Of a stretch of 64,000 bases of DNA, positions 27,845-43,951 are shown piece by piece. Both the position numbers and the translations under genes were made by a program. Source of the DNA: Octopus sinensis (taxonomy: Eukaryota); contig NW_021836310.1 in assembly GCF_006345805.1 (NCBI RefSeq), positions 9,746 to 73,745 of the forward strand, given 5' to 3'. The number at the start of each line of letters is the position of its first letter. Positions within the stretch are counted from its first letter, which is position 1. Under the pieces are notes generated by a model, which was not told the DNA's origin, did not search any database, and saw only the letters and a program-made list of their open reading frames with translations.

Positions 27845-28115
27845 AATCATCATCATCATCATCATCATCGTCGTCGTCGACGTCGTCGTTGTTGTTGTTG
27901 TTGTTGTTGTTGTTGTCGGCTTCATTATTTTATTTATTGTTCTGTTTTTGCATCTTTTTGCAGGACGCCCGCCGTGCCAAAACCACCAAAATCCACTGAA
28001 AAGACAAGTAAGCCATTAATTATATCCCTTGCTTTGTCTATTACTATCCTCATTGCTGAGAGACGGAAACGATAACACCGTCTCTCTCTCTCACTCTCTC
28101 TCTCTCTCTCTCTCT

Positions 28116-28155
<40 letters not shown>

Positions 28156-29060
28156 CTCTCTCTCTCTCTCCATCGATTCTTCGCCTCGGACCATGGTTGT
28201 CCATTCAGACAGAGATCTTCCGGTGCATTCTTTGACATCCTCTAGTCATCATCTTCTCGTTCTCTCACTTCTTCAGTTCTCATTCATCTTCCTTCTTGGG
28301 TGTGGAGACAGAATTTTTGGGCCCTGATGACAAACCCCAAGTCCTATAGATTTCCCTTCCTGACAGTTAGCAAAGGGTTTCTTTCTATTCCCACTTCTTC
28401 AAGTACTAACTTATTTGTTCGATGGTCACACCAGCTGACCCTCAATAGTCTTCAAAAGCTTTAGGTTTAGCAGTGTTGTTTGCACTTAGGGTTCAGCTTT
28501 CACATCCATACAGTGCAATAGGCCAAAGTGATGTCTTCGGGGGCTCTAATTTGGTGTCCTTGCTAAGAGGTCTGTCATTCTTGATTGTATGATATACCAT
28601 TGATACAAAATTTATACATTAAAGAGTGAAACGAGGAAACGCACATCATATTCACCAACACAAATTAATGAGGGAGCCTACGACAGAAGGAGTATCTAAC
28701 ATTTGGCCCTTGGCAATGCTTGCCTGGTCCTCGGCTCAATTTCACAGAACAATTGGTTTAACTTTATTAAAAAATTATTATTGGCATGCTGGCAGAATTG
28801 TTAGCACGCTAGGCACGATGCTTAGCTATGAACTCAGAGAGTTCAAATTCCGCCGAGGTCGACTTTACCTTTCATCCTTTCGAGATCGATAAATTAAGTA
28901 CCATACAGTTGAGTACTGGGGGGGGGTCGATATAATCGACTTACCCTCTCCCTCCAAATTTCAAGCCTTGTGCCTTTAGTGGAAAGGATCATTGTTATAC
29001 TTACCTGACACAGGTAAGTAAAATTTGATTGGTCAATAATCTTGTTTTTTCTTCATTCAG

Positions 29061-29153
29061 CCAATGATACACAACAAAGCAACGTTCCCGTCGGTCTGAT
29101 AGCAGCTTTGATATTGCTATGCGTCCTGATAGCAGCATTGATATTTCTTTGGG
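29061..29153 (+). CDS. Transmembrane exon of a single-pass type I membrane protein
   Basis: Acceptor cttgttttttcttcattcag, donor G|GTAAGT; 93 nt, phase 1-1. Translates (x)NDTQQSNVPVGLIAALILLCVLIAALIFLW(V), a hydrophobic stretch of about 23 aa that splices onto a basic stop-transfer exon. Confidence 0.85.
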
Positions 29154-30102
29154 GTAAGTAACTTTTCAAATCGCATCTTCTCTACCGCCGTCGCGGTCTT
29201 CACACATCTTCCGTTACAATCACTAAGGAGACTGTATGTGCCACTATAATGGGTGGCATTGCTGAATATATGTGTGTACATACATACATGCATACATACA
29301 AACATACTTACATACATACACACACTTACAAATATAAATACATGCATGTATACATACATACATACATGCATAGATACATACATGCATAGATACATACCTA
29401 CATACATACATGCATACATACATACATACATACATACATACATACATACATACATACATGCATGCATGCATGCATACATACATACATACAAACATACATA
29501 CATACATACATACACACATACATACATGAGGTTAAGAAGCTTGCTTCCCACAGAATGCTGTCTTGGCTTCAGTACCATTGCATCGCACCTTGAGCACATG
29601 TGCGCGCGCGCGTGTGCATATATGTTTTGTGTGGGGTGTATGTGTGTGTGTGTAATCTTAAAATAAAAACTACAAATCATATAAATACAGCTACCTAGGG
29701 TTTCCTGTCCGAAATTCCATCATTTAGCAAGCTAAAAACAAGATTGTTTGTCAGTTCTCTTTTGATATATATATATATATATATATATATAGCAAATCCA
29801 AACATGAACAAAGAGAAAACACAACAATGCGAGGACGTGGAACAAGTATAGTATTATTGGACGCTCAGGAAAGGAAAGAAAGAAAGGGGATTTAACGTTT
29901 CGAGCGGAGCTCTTCGTTAGAAACATAGGAAAAGGAAAGATCCAAAGAAGGGAAGACGGAGAAAGAAAATCGCCAACGATACACTCATGGTGTAAGGTGT
30001 AGTGGTGTGATGGTGTGATGGTGTTGCAAGGTGGGGAAGGTGAGAGTGGGGAAAGCAAGGGTGGCGTGTGGATTAGACTGAGGATGGGGAGTGGGTGTAA
30101 GG

Positions 30103-30141
<39 letters not shown>

Positions 30142-30429
30142 GACAACTGCCCAAAGTGCCGTGCAGTGGGACTGAACCCGAAGCCATGGAATTGAAAGCG
30201 CGCTTCTTGCCCACACAGTTACGCCTATATGTATTTATGAAAATGTTACATTAATTCCCATTTTTCTATGCAAGTTTAAGAATAACGACAGAACATTTAA
30301 CGATGGGGAGACTCGATATTGAGAGTAGAATCAAACATATAGAATTCGGGTTGATTGGGACTTTGAAGTGTTAGGAACTTTATGGTTGAAAAGGCCTGCG
30401 GGCGAAACAGGAAGGTCCAGGCAAGAAGA

Positions 30430-30460
<31 letters not shown>

Positions 30461-30580
30461 TATATGTATATGTGTGTGTGTGTGTGCGTATGTATGTATA
30501 TGTGTGTGCGTATGTATGTATATGTGTGTGCGTGTGTATGTATATGTATGCCTGTGAGTATGTATATGTGTATGTACGTA

Positions 30581-30626
<46 letters not shown>

Positions 30627-30722
30627 TATATGTGTGTATTACGCCTGTATGTATATAGGTATATGTGTGTATATAAGTATGTGTATGCGTGTATGTATAT
30701 ATCTATGCATATACGTTTATGT

Positions 30723-33768
<3,046 letters not shown>

Positions 33769-34402
33769 TTACTAAGATTGGTGTACAAGAAGTACCTGTG
33801 CAGATGAATAATTTTCAGTGAGTGTAGCTTGCACCGCACTACCCCCACCTATTGGCCCAAGGAGACTTTCGCCGGTGTGACATGAGAATTGACAAAACCG
33901 GGAACCTCCAAGGCCTCAGTTTTTATTTTGGATATTTCCTTCTTTTTGGTAGATTACCAACCAAGGTTAAAGAGCTTCTACCTGCCCATGAGATAGGCTA
34001 GACACCGAAACGCTTCATAGAATCATTAAATATTATTCCGGTATCCGACGCTGAGCAGCACATACATAAATACATTAAAAAGTACAAGATATGTGATTTA
34101 AACATATAAATAGAATAAGATTTAAATATAGATAATATATACATAAAAAGGAAAAATATACACACATATATATATAAGAATATGTACAAAAGAATATATA
34201 CAAATTTTACACATATTTGTTGGATGGCCGTTTGATAGGTCTTATTTTTCGCCCTGCAAGGTGTCCAACAATCACCCTCCTCCCTAAGGAAGCCTGATGG
34301 GGTTGTCAGTCTAGTCGCCGACGACCCGATAGGTTGTACTGGATCACATGTTACCAGTAGCACTCGAGAGCGACCTGACATATATATATATGTGTGTGTG
34401 TA

Positions 34403-34435
<33 letters not shown>

Positions 34436-34438
34436 ATG

Positions 34439-34497
<59 letters not shown>

Positions 34498-34754
34498 TAT
34501 ATATATAATATATATATATATGCATATATGTATTATACTATACGTGCGTGTATATATATCTATGTCTGTAATATATATATAAACTCGAACCTCTTACCAC
34601 ACAGCCACGCCTGCGCCTTTAAAGTATGTATGTACACACACACATACGCTCACACATACACACACACACACACACAGACACTCAGACACACACATATATA
34701 CGCACATACAGATATACACGTAACATATTCACTGCTTAACATTTCTCTTTCTAG

Positions 34755-34817
34755 TGAAATATCGTAAACGAGAGAAAAAGCGGCGCAACCGACGGATCAT
34801 GGCTGAAGCTTCTGAAG
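34755..34817 (+). CDS. Juxtamembrane exon A (basic stop-transfer)
   Basis: Acceptor ttaacatttctctttctag, donor AG|GTGTGT; 63 nt, phase 1-1. Translates (V)KYRKREKKRRNRRIMAEASE, in frame with the TM exon (TGG G + TG AAA). Confidence 0.8.
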
Positions 34818-34894
34818 GTGTGTAACAAACAATGAAACAGAAACATATTCGTTTAGTATTTTAACCCGTTGTTTTATATTTCCAATATTTGCAG

Positions 34895-34963
34895 TAAAAT
34901 ACAGGGAGCACAAAAGGAAGATTCAGGAGCGAGTATTAGAACGAATGATGAGGCGAACTCAAG
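34895..34963 (+). CDS. Juxtamembrane exon B (paralogue of exon A)
   Basis: Acceptor ttttatatttccaatatttgcag, donor AG|GTCAGT; 69 nt, phase 1-1. Translates (V)KYREHKRKIQERVLERMMRRTQ; same VKYR start as exon A. Confidence 0.75.
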
Positions 34964-35407
34964 GTCAGTCTATCATTGTCAAGACTTCCGGTCAGTCAGC
35001 CAATCGCTGGGTTTTATTTTTGCTTGACAGTGGCCATATTGCCTTGCTGCCTTTGATATCTTGAAGCATGCCTTGATATCTCGAAGCATGCCTTGACTCT
35101 TCGCTGCCTTCAATATTTGGGTTTATTGTTCTCTTTCTTTCTCGCATGGCTTTTTAACTTTCTTTTCTTTCAGCATGTCGACTTTTTTTTCTATTATTAT
35201 TACTTCTAATTTTTATTTTTATTATTACTAGAGTGATAAAAGATGGTGAGTTGGTAGAATCGTTACCGAGCCGAGCAAAACTGCATAACGGCACTTCGTC
35301 CAGCTTTACGTTCTGGGCTCAAATTCCGCCGAGGTCGACTTTGCCTTTTATCCTTCGGGGTCGATCAACTAAGTACCCCCACACCACCAACATTGCTGGC
35401 CTTGTGC

Positions 35408-35680
35408 CAAAAATTTTTTTGCCGAACCGCTAAGTTACGGGGACGTAAACACACCAGCATCGGTTGTCAAGCGATGTTGGGGGGACAAACATATACACAC
35501 ACATACATATATATATACGTCGGGCTTCTTTCAGTTTCCGCTTACCAAATCCACTCACAAGGCTTTGGTCGGCCCGAGGCTATAGTAGAAGACACTTGCC
35601 CAAGGTGCCATGCAGTGGGACTGAACCCGGAACCATGTGTTTGGTAAGCAAACTACTTACCACACAGCCACTCCTACGCC
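35408..35680 (-). mobile_element. CORE-like tRNA-SINE
   Basis: Reverse complement of the 8461-8906 family (gacacttgcccaaggtgcca, gggactgaacccggaaccatgtg). Confidence 0.8.
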
Positions 35681-36202
35681 TGTGTGATAATTTCCTTTCA
35701 CTATTAACAAGAGCATCGAACAAAATGCTTTGAGCTGTTTCTTCAGACTCTTTGCGTTCTATGTTTCAATCACACTATTGTCAACCCAGTTGTTCATCAC
35801 TCTGGCATCGATAAAAATGAACGACCAGTCAGGTATTATGGTCGATATAATCGACTAGCCCCGTTCCCTAAAATTCTTGGTCTTCTACTAACATTTGAAA
35901 TCTATAAAGGTGACGAACTGACAGAATCGTTAGCGCGGCGAACAAAACACTTAGCGACATTTCTTCCGGCTCTTTACATCATGTGTTGAAATTCCGCTGA
36001 GGACAACATGACCTTTCTTTCTTGCGGGATTTGTAAAATAAAGTACAATTTAAATATGGGGTTCGATGTAATTGGCTTGCCCCTACCCTCAAAATTTCTG
36101 TCCTTCTCCCTTAATTAGAAGCCATTAACACTGGTGTCGATGTAATCGACTGGTCCCCTCCCACCAAATTTTGGGCCTTGTGCCTTCAGTAGAAAGGATG
36201 AC

Positions 36203-36256
<54 letters not shown>

Positions 36257-36344
36257 TACTACTACTACTATTATTATTATTATTATATTATTATTATTAT
36301 TATTATTATTATATTATTATTATTATTATTACTATTACTACTAC

Positions 36345-36389
<45 letters not shown>

Positions 36390-36554
36390 TACTACTACTT
36401 TTATTATTATTATTATTATTACGTACAACAGATTTCTTTCTTTTTGTCTTTTCTTTTTCTTTCTCTTTTATTTTATCATTTTGTTTGCTGCATTTTCACT
36501 TTGTTTTTGTTTTTGTTTTTTTATTGTTGGCGTATCATTCATATTTCTAACATA

Positions 36555-37474
36555 CGACATGGTATCGAAATGAACCCGGACTAGTTATGTTTAATAGAAA
36601 ATAACTTATTTACCTAAGTTTTAACATCATCTTCTTCGAAATTGTAACCCTGCGCAGCAATTCACCGGTCCCAGCGCTCCTGCCACTTTGGGAATCCAGT
36701 CTGGAAGTTGTTTTCCATGAGTCGAGGACCTTCTACGATTTGTTTTGGATCTCGACAACTGTGTTAGAACAGCGACTTTTGAGCAACATTTTCCCCTTGG
36801 GGAAGATATGGAAGTCCGCGGGTGCGAAATCTAGGGAATAAAGTGCGGAAGCGATGCCATGTTTTTTTTTTTTTTTTTTTTTTTTGGTGGGAAGCTCGTG
36901 AGTGAGGAGAGCTCGGTGACAGGGTGCATTGCCGTCGCGAAGAGTCCAGTTCTTCCCGCTCCACAGATCCGGTCGCTTTCACCGATGTCCTCCCTCAAAA
37001 GTCGCAGTAGAACTCTGGATTGACAGTCTGACCCCGGAGAAGAAATTCTCGATGCTCAATATCCCATTTTCGGGAGTGACGCTCGTGACAGGTTTTCCAG
37101 ATCGCCCATCGTCTTCCAGAGATGTTCTTCCGCCTTTGAAGAACCCGTGCCACTCGAAACATTGCGTACGACCCATTGCCTCGTCGCTGTAAGCTTACCG
37201 ACGCATGCTCGATGTCTCTGTTGCAGACATCTTAATTTTAACGCAAAATTCCATGTTGGCTCTATGTTCCAACTTCCTGCCCAGGGCAAAAATCGCAGAT
37301 TACAGCATACACGTGATCACAAAAACACAAATTTCACAACTTGCGAACACAGCAATGTCACTTGGCACACTGCCTCATGAAGGTCACTGCTAACTCTCAC
37401 TATGTGTGCAACCGTGTGCTGCCATCTGTTGGCGCGCTACAGAACTAGTCTGGGAACTTTTTGGTATCACTTCG
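36555..37474 (-). mobile_element. Internally deleted mariner element
   Basis: TIRs (TA)CGACATGGTATCGAAATGAACCCGGACTAGTT and (TA)CGAAGTGATACCAAAAAGTTCCCAGACTAGTT; N-terminal HTH remnant MGRTQCFEWH..FKGGRTSLEDDGRSG and a C-terminal DFAPADFHIFP...KWQERW remnant. Confidence 0.8.
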
Positions 37475-37563
37475 TATGTAACGTACTTAACCTGTACCTT
37501 TGTACTAACCGTGCTGTATAATAATTATGTACCTAAGTGGCATGATGTCGCGTTCGTTTCTAT

Positions 37564-37912
37564 CTGAGGTTTCTCAACCATTTTTTTTTCTATGGACTCC
37601 TTTGATTACTATTTTATTCTGGTGGACCCCCATAGCCATCTAATGTTGAAAAACTAGCTTTATAGAAACTTCTTTCAAAATTTCATTTTTTTTTCACACA
37701 TTAACTCGGGTAAGTTGAATTACGTAAACTTGGAGACAAAGCCTAGCTGATTCTTGTAATACATACCAATACATACATCTAAAGCGAAATTTTTTCAAGG
37801 TCCCTTAAAATATTGTGGCTCCCCCGATTTACTATTTTGTTATGTCCCCCCACCACCACCAAATCTTATATGGACCCTCATGGGCCTTTTGGACCCTGGT
37901 TGAGAACCACTG
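37564..37912. mobile_element. hAT-like non-autonomous element
   Basis: Termini CTGAGGTTTCTCAACC ... GGTTGAGAACCACTG, typical CAGTGGTTCTCAAC hAT ends; the 8-bp TSD is not clean. Confidence 0.6.
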
Positions 37913-38475
37913 GTCTATAAGCTGAATTCAATATGGCGCCAAGGTAGATTTCGTGTTTTGTTTATCGGGTACGGTATAATAACGTACCACTCATCAACTG
38001 CTGTCACTGTAATCGACTTTATTCTCCCCACCGAATGTATTAGCTTGTAAATCTTACAAATATAAACATACATACATACATACATACATACATACATACA
38101 TACATACATACATAAATTTTAACTTTTCGAAAAATATATTACTGTTTTTAATTCCTAACTGGATATACGTATATATAAAATTAATATAAACAGTAATATT
38201 TCACCGAAAAAGACAATTATAATTGTCACTAAATGTGACTCGGTGCTAAGGAACACCTCCATTGTATAACAGTGGGATTGGTATAACGGCTGATTGGGTA
38301 CCACGTTCATAATGTGGTGTATTATCTTATATGGTTTCTACTGGCATAGATAAATATATTTTATTCCTTGAGTAAAAATCTACAATAATAAACCCACCAC
38401 TTATAACTTAATAAGTATTATCACCATACATAAATCTTAAATCAAGCTACATAAACACCGTAGTGATATATATAT

Positions 38476-38517
<42 letters not shown>

Positions 38518-38677
38518 ATATTATATATATATATATTATATATATATATATATATTATATATATATATATATTATATATATATATTATATATATATATAT
38601 ATATCAAGACGCTTAACGTCATGTTGAAGATAAGTTCGTGTTCTTTTTCACCTCTTTAAAAATTGTTTCATATGCAG

Positions 38678-38737
38678 AAGTAATTTACATTAACAGGCTG
38701 GAAAGAAGTGAAGAAAAGGAAAATATTTACTACATTG
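38678..38737 (+). CDS. Candidate cytoplasmic exon with Tyr motifs
   Basis: Acceptor ttgtttcatatgcag, donor TG|GTTTAT (weak); 60 nt, phase 1-1. Translates (E)VIYINRLERSEEKENIYYI. Confidence 0.5.
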
Positions 38738-39597
38738 GTTTATTTGTGTACATTTAATATTTACAGTACATTTGGAAGTAAGGCAATTTCTCGTAGAGAG
38801 CTACGACATAAATTTATTACTACCTAATTCCTTAATACTAACTATTATCAGAGTTTACACAACAATTCAAATAAGTCTTATTGGATTTGAGCAATAAACA
38901 TGGCATAAAAATAGCCAATATCTCAAAGGAGTGAATGTCGTGGAGTTTAGTAACAGCCAACGATCACTACGGTGAGTGTCGTGGAGTCTACTGAAAACCA
39001 ACGAACACTGATTAATTTCCCCAAAATCAGGGTTTTTATAACTGCTGATACCTGGATTCTATGAACCGTATTTCCTGAATTCTCTTTGACGAAAGTTTAG
39101 ATTTCAAATATGGGCAGTAATTTTAACCAATTGGAAACCAACAATCATACTTGTTCGGTCAACATGACCATTACGTCATATTAACGCCTTTTACGACATG
39201 CCTGCTGCTCGCTACAGTTGCTAGAAATAAGAGCTAAAATACTCTAATGCTGTAATTAGTGCACATGAATGAAAACATATACAATAACAGGAACCTGAAT
39301 CGTCCGAAAAATTTCTCGGTCGGCATTTTTCGGACGTTTATGGTCCCAATTAGTTTATATGTTTGCATTCACCTGCATTAAGAGTTAAAATGCCCTAATG
39401 CTACAGTATTAGGGCATTTTAACTCTTATTTCTAGCAATGTAGGTGTTTCCTAACACCCTAGTCACATTTAGTGAGAATTGTAATTCTCTTTTTCGGTGA
39501 AACATTGTAACCTGCTGTTTATGATTTTACTGTATGTATATGCAATTATATACATACATACATACATATACATACATACATATATATATATATATAT

Positions 39598-39629
<32 letters not shown>

Positions 39630-39794
39630 ATATATATAATACACACATGCACACACACATACATACATACATACATACATACATACATACTTACATACAT
39701 ACATACATGCATACATAATACATACATACATTTATACATACATACATACATACATACATACATACATACATACATACATACATACATACATACA

Positions 39795-39827
<33 letters not shown>

Positions 39828-39834
39828 GTATGTA

Positions 39835-40519
39835 TTAGGGTGGAGCGTTTTTCACGGCTTTCGATTTCGCGTGGCGGGGGTGTGAATGGACATCAAAATA
39901 GCGAGTGTAGAATCTTTGAACTCTGCAACAATATCTTCTGTCTCCACAAATGCATCGAAAAATGGAAGAAAAGTGATAAAAAAACGCCTCTACTTATTTA
40001 TTGGATATAAAATACAGTTTTCATTGCATCTTCTTCAAGTAGCTTATAAATAAGTGTGATGCAATTACTCTGAAATAAACCGTGAAAAAAACATATTTTT
40101 TTCTGTCACTTCATCTTCTGCTTCCAGAAGGAGGGGCGGGGGTGTACCGTAATTTACATTTACATGAAAAATTTTCTGAATCCGATAAATTACAATATTT
40201 TTGCATATTTTAAGGCGTTTGTAGCGGCAGAAGATGAAGTCACAGAAAAAAAAAACTGTTCAAGTCGTAATTTAGAGTAATTTCATCATATTCATTTCAA
40301 AACTACCCGAAGAAGATGTACTGGAAACTGTATTTTATAGCTAATAAATAAGCAGAGGCGTATTTTTTCTCTCCACTTTTTTTCGATGCATTTGTGGAGA
40401 CAGAAGATGTTGTCGCAGAATTCTATGATTCTACACCAGTTATTTTGATGTCCATTCACAACTTTACCGCACAACCGCCATCACGAAATCGAAAATCGTG
40501 AAAAAGCGCTCCGTCCTAA
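39835..40519. mobile_element. MITE/foldback element with about 290-bp inverted arms
   Basis: Arms 39835-40121 and 40227-40519 are reverse complements (TTAGGGTGGAGCGTTTTTCACG / CGTGAAAAAGCGCTCCGTCCTAA); TA flanks. The same peptide, [11 protein letters not shown], appears on both strands in the ORF track. Confidence 0.85.
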
Positions 40520-40899
40520 TATATATGCGCCGTCAAATTTATGGTTTGTTGATGAGGTTGTGAATGGTGAATTTGGTATTGATGGCGGATGATGCACAGC
40601 AATACAAAAACGCTTGCGTTCTAAGATACAATGACGTCGTTCATAATTCAATATGTTTTCAATTCTTTTGTCTAATGGGGAAAAATTCTCTTGGGACTAG
40701 TTCCACAGCGAAAAGTCTTCTAACGTTAGAATGTACATGTTGCAGTTGTTGTTGTTGCTGACCATGCCGACCATGTCCCTTTCTATACATTGTCCAAAGT
40801 CTTCTTTAAGTAAGAAAGTGGTTGAAGGAGATTAAAGTGCAATTTCAAGCGACGACGTAGACGACCCCTTCTCTTTCCATTACTGTCATCTATATTTTC

Positions 40900-41500
40900 G
40901 TTAACATTGTTGTGGTTGTTATTGTTGCTGCTGTTGTTGTTGCTGTTGCTGCTGCTGCTGTGGGTGCCCTTGTTTAAGTTGCTGCCGCTTTGTTATGGTT
41001 GTTTATTCGTAATTTTGTTGTTGTTGTTGTTGTTGTTATTGTTGTGGTTGTTGTCGTCAACGTTGTGTTTGTTGCTGTCATGTTTTGTTGTTATTGTTGT
41101 TGTTATTGATGATGATGATGGTGTTGTTGTTGTTATTGTTGTTGTTGTTGGTCGTGGTGGTGGTGATGATGATAGTGAGGAAGTTGATGTTAATGGTGGC
41201 GGTGGTGGTAGTGATAGTGTTCATGACGTGGGGATCGCTGTTATCGATATGATGGTGATGATGATGATCATGATGATGACGACAACACCGACGCCGATGA
41301 TGATGAGGAGGAGAAGGAGAAAGAGGAAGGGTGCAGGTGATGACAATGATGATGGTGGTAGCGACGATGAGGATGATGACGATGATGAAGAGAATGAGGA
41401 GAGGTAATGAGGATGGTGGTGATGATGATGATGATGATGTTTATGCTGACAGTGGTCGTGATGGTGATCACCGTCATCGTCTTGGTGATGATAATGATGA
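40900..41500. repeat. Compound (GTT)/(GAT)/(GGT) trinucleotide region; similar ones at 7960-8135, 23420-23840, 27700-27915, 51760-52110, 63600-63780
   Basis: Direct reading; poly-L/V/D/H ORFs appear in several frames. Confidence 0.9.
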
Positions 41501-41521
41501 TGGCTACTCACCAAATTTCAG

Positions 41522-41605
41522 TTTCACTGGAACAGGTCTACATGACACTCAGCTGGAGAAACCAGACGGTTATGGACAGATCAGCCAACGAATATACGGT
41601 TGAGG
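41522..41605 (+). CDS. Candidate cytoplasmic exon (uncertain 3' boundary)
   Basis: Acceptor ctcaccaaatttcag; (V)SLEQVYMTLSWRNQTVMDRSANEYTVE with donor G|GTATAT gives 84 nt, phase 1-1. A stronger donor (G|GTGAGT, 41621) would include in-frame TAA TGA. Confidence 0.35.
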
Positions 41606-41996
41606 GTATATAATGAATGGGTGAGTGTTTTAGAGGGGTAGTCAGATTGGGTGGTGGTGGTGCGACACGTTGCGACAGAGTCACCGTGACTCAAATATAC
41701 CGTGTCACGGTGTCACACCACACCACGGATGAAATTTGTTGTTACTAACTGACATCTTGAAATATATGTATGTGTATGCGCGAGTGTGTCTGTATAGCTG
41801 TAATTGTGTGTACGTAGATGTCTACATATATTATATATGTGTGTGTGTATTATATACATGTATGTACGTATATGTATATATACGTATATGAATCTACATA
41901 TTTGTATGTATTCTATATTCATCTATGAATACATGTATATAAGACATATATATGCATTGATGTGCATGTGTGTGTGTATACACATATATATGCATG

Positions 41997-42052
<56 letters not shown>

Positions 42053-42747
42053 TATGCATATAAATATATACATATATAGAGAGAGATATAGATAGATAGT
42101 TATAGATATATGTATAGATATATATATTCATACACATATACATATACATACATGTATGTGTGTGTGGTATGCGTGTACATCGATACTCACGTACAAGTAA
42201 GCCATCTTCAGTAAGACGACACTGCCTCGATGTATCAATCGAATTGCTCTTTTGTTTTTTGTTGTTCTTTATATATTTATATTCCGAAAATACAAAAGAA
42301 AAATATTTATGCTTTTTTTTTTCCCTCCCATTCCAAGTAACTTCACATTAGAGAAGGCTCTGGAGATTAATTCTTCGACATTATTACAAAGAATCGACTA
42401 CACTGAATATAAATGTCTAGTTTACGACGTTAACAACAACAACAACAACAACAACAATAATAATGATAATAATAATGATAATAATAATTATTTGCACAAC
42501 AGCTCCTGGTTGATTCCTGTGTCCGTGAGTATACATAAATATATACATACATGCATACATACATATATACATACATACATACTTACGTAAGTACAGACTT
42601 ATACGTATATGTATATGTGTATATATGTGTGTGTGTGTAGATATGTATGTACATAAACTGCTTTATATAACGCATGTATATATGTGCATGTATATTTATA
42701 TCTCTTTATCTTTTCTCTGATTACGTTCACTATTTCTGAACTGACAG

Positions 42748-42816
42748 CTGATACGGAGAGTAACGGTCAAACCATTTCACGTGATACTAGTAAAGATCTC
42801 AACAAATCAGAATCCG
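42748..42816 (+). CDS. Cytoplasmic exon
   Basis: Acceptor ttcactatttctgaactgacag, donor CG|GTGAGT; 69 nt, phase 1-1. Translates (A)DTESNGQTISRDTSKDLNKSES. Confidence 0.75.
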
Positions 42817-43176
42817 GTGAGTAGTTTATGCAAACATCATTGCGCATGTATGTACGTATGTATTATGTATGTATGTATGTATGTATGTATGTATGTATGT
42901 ATGTATGTATGTATGTATGTATGTGTGGGTATGTATGTATGTATGTATGTATGTATGTAGATGTATGTATGTATGTATGTCTGTATGTATGTGCGTCTGG
43001 ATAAAAAAAGAAATCAGTATAAGGATAAAGAATGTAATCCAAATAATATTCCAAAATAAAGTTCCACGGTCGGATCCAAGCAGTAGAACTCCGAAATGTT
43101 TTTCAAGTTTTCCCTTTATACAAGAAATATTATTTGTTAATGAAAATACCCGTAAAGTTTTAGTCACACACACACG

Positions 43177-43225
<49 letters not shown>

Positions 43226-43951
43226 ATATATATATAATATACTCAAAATAAGCAACAAGACTGACTCCAGTAATTTGGTACGATCGTTTCGTACTACATC
43301 ATTTTATTAATGTTGTAAGTATTACAACAGTTTTAAAATGCTGAGCACTCATCAGCCAATTATATGGATTTATATGGATTTATATGGATAACACCATACA
43401 GAATTCTGGTGCATCTAAATTAAGTACCATATTCATTTGAATCTAAATTTTTGCTGAACTTATATATATATATATAATGTGTGTGAGTGCGTGTACCTGT
43501 ATTTCAAATGGTCAGCCTTGTCACACTCTGTGTCACGCTGAATCTGCCTGAGAACTACGTTAAGAGTACACGTGTCTGCGGAGTGCTCAGCCACTTGCAC
43601 GTTAATTTCACGAGCAAGCTGTTCTGTTGATCGTAATGACTGATACCCTCGTCGTCGTAACCGAGGGAGTGTTCCTTTTATATATATATGTGTGTGTGTG
43701 TGTAAATATATATATATAGAGAGAGAGAGGGAGAGAGAGAGAAAACGTATTTATCCACCCTTCATCCTTTCAGGGTGGATAAATTAAGTACCAGTGCGTA
43801 CTGGGGTCGATCTAATCGACTGGCCCCCTCCCCAAAAATCCCGAGCCTTGTACCTAGAGTAGAAAAGAATATATGTATGTATGTATGTATGGATGTATGT
43901 GCGTGTATGTATGTATGTATGTATGTATGGTAGTATGTATGTGTAATATTA

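Noticed and set aside
33982-34020. CCCATGAGA...GACACCGAAACGC hammerhead-like string
   Set aside because: The core is broken (no CUGA) and stems I and II cannot be formed convincingly.
38933-39012. Strong donor ACG|GTGAGT suggesting a micro-exon
   Set aside because: It falls at the junction of a diverged 41-bp tandem duplication (gtga.tgtcgtggagt...ccaacga.cact) and has no convincing acceptor.
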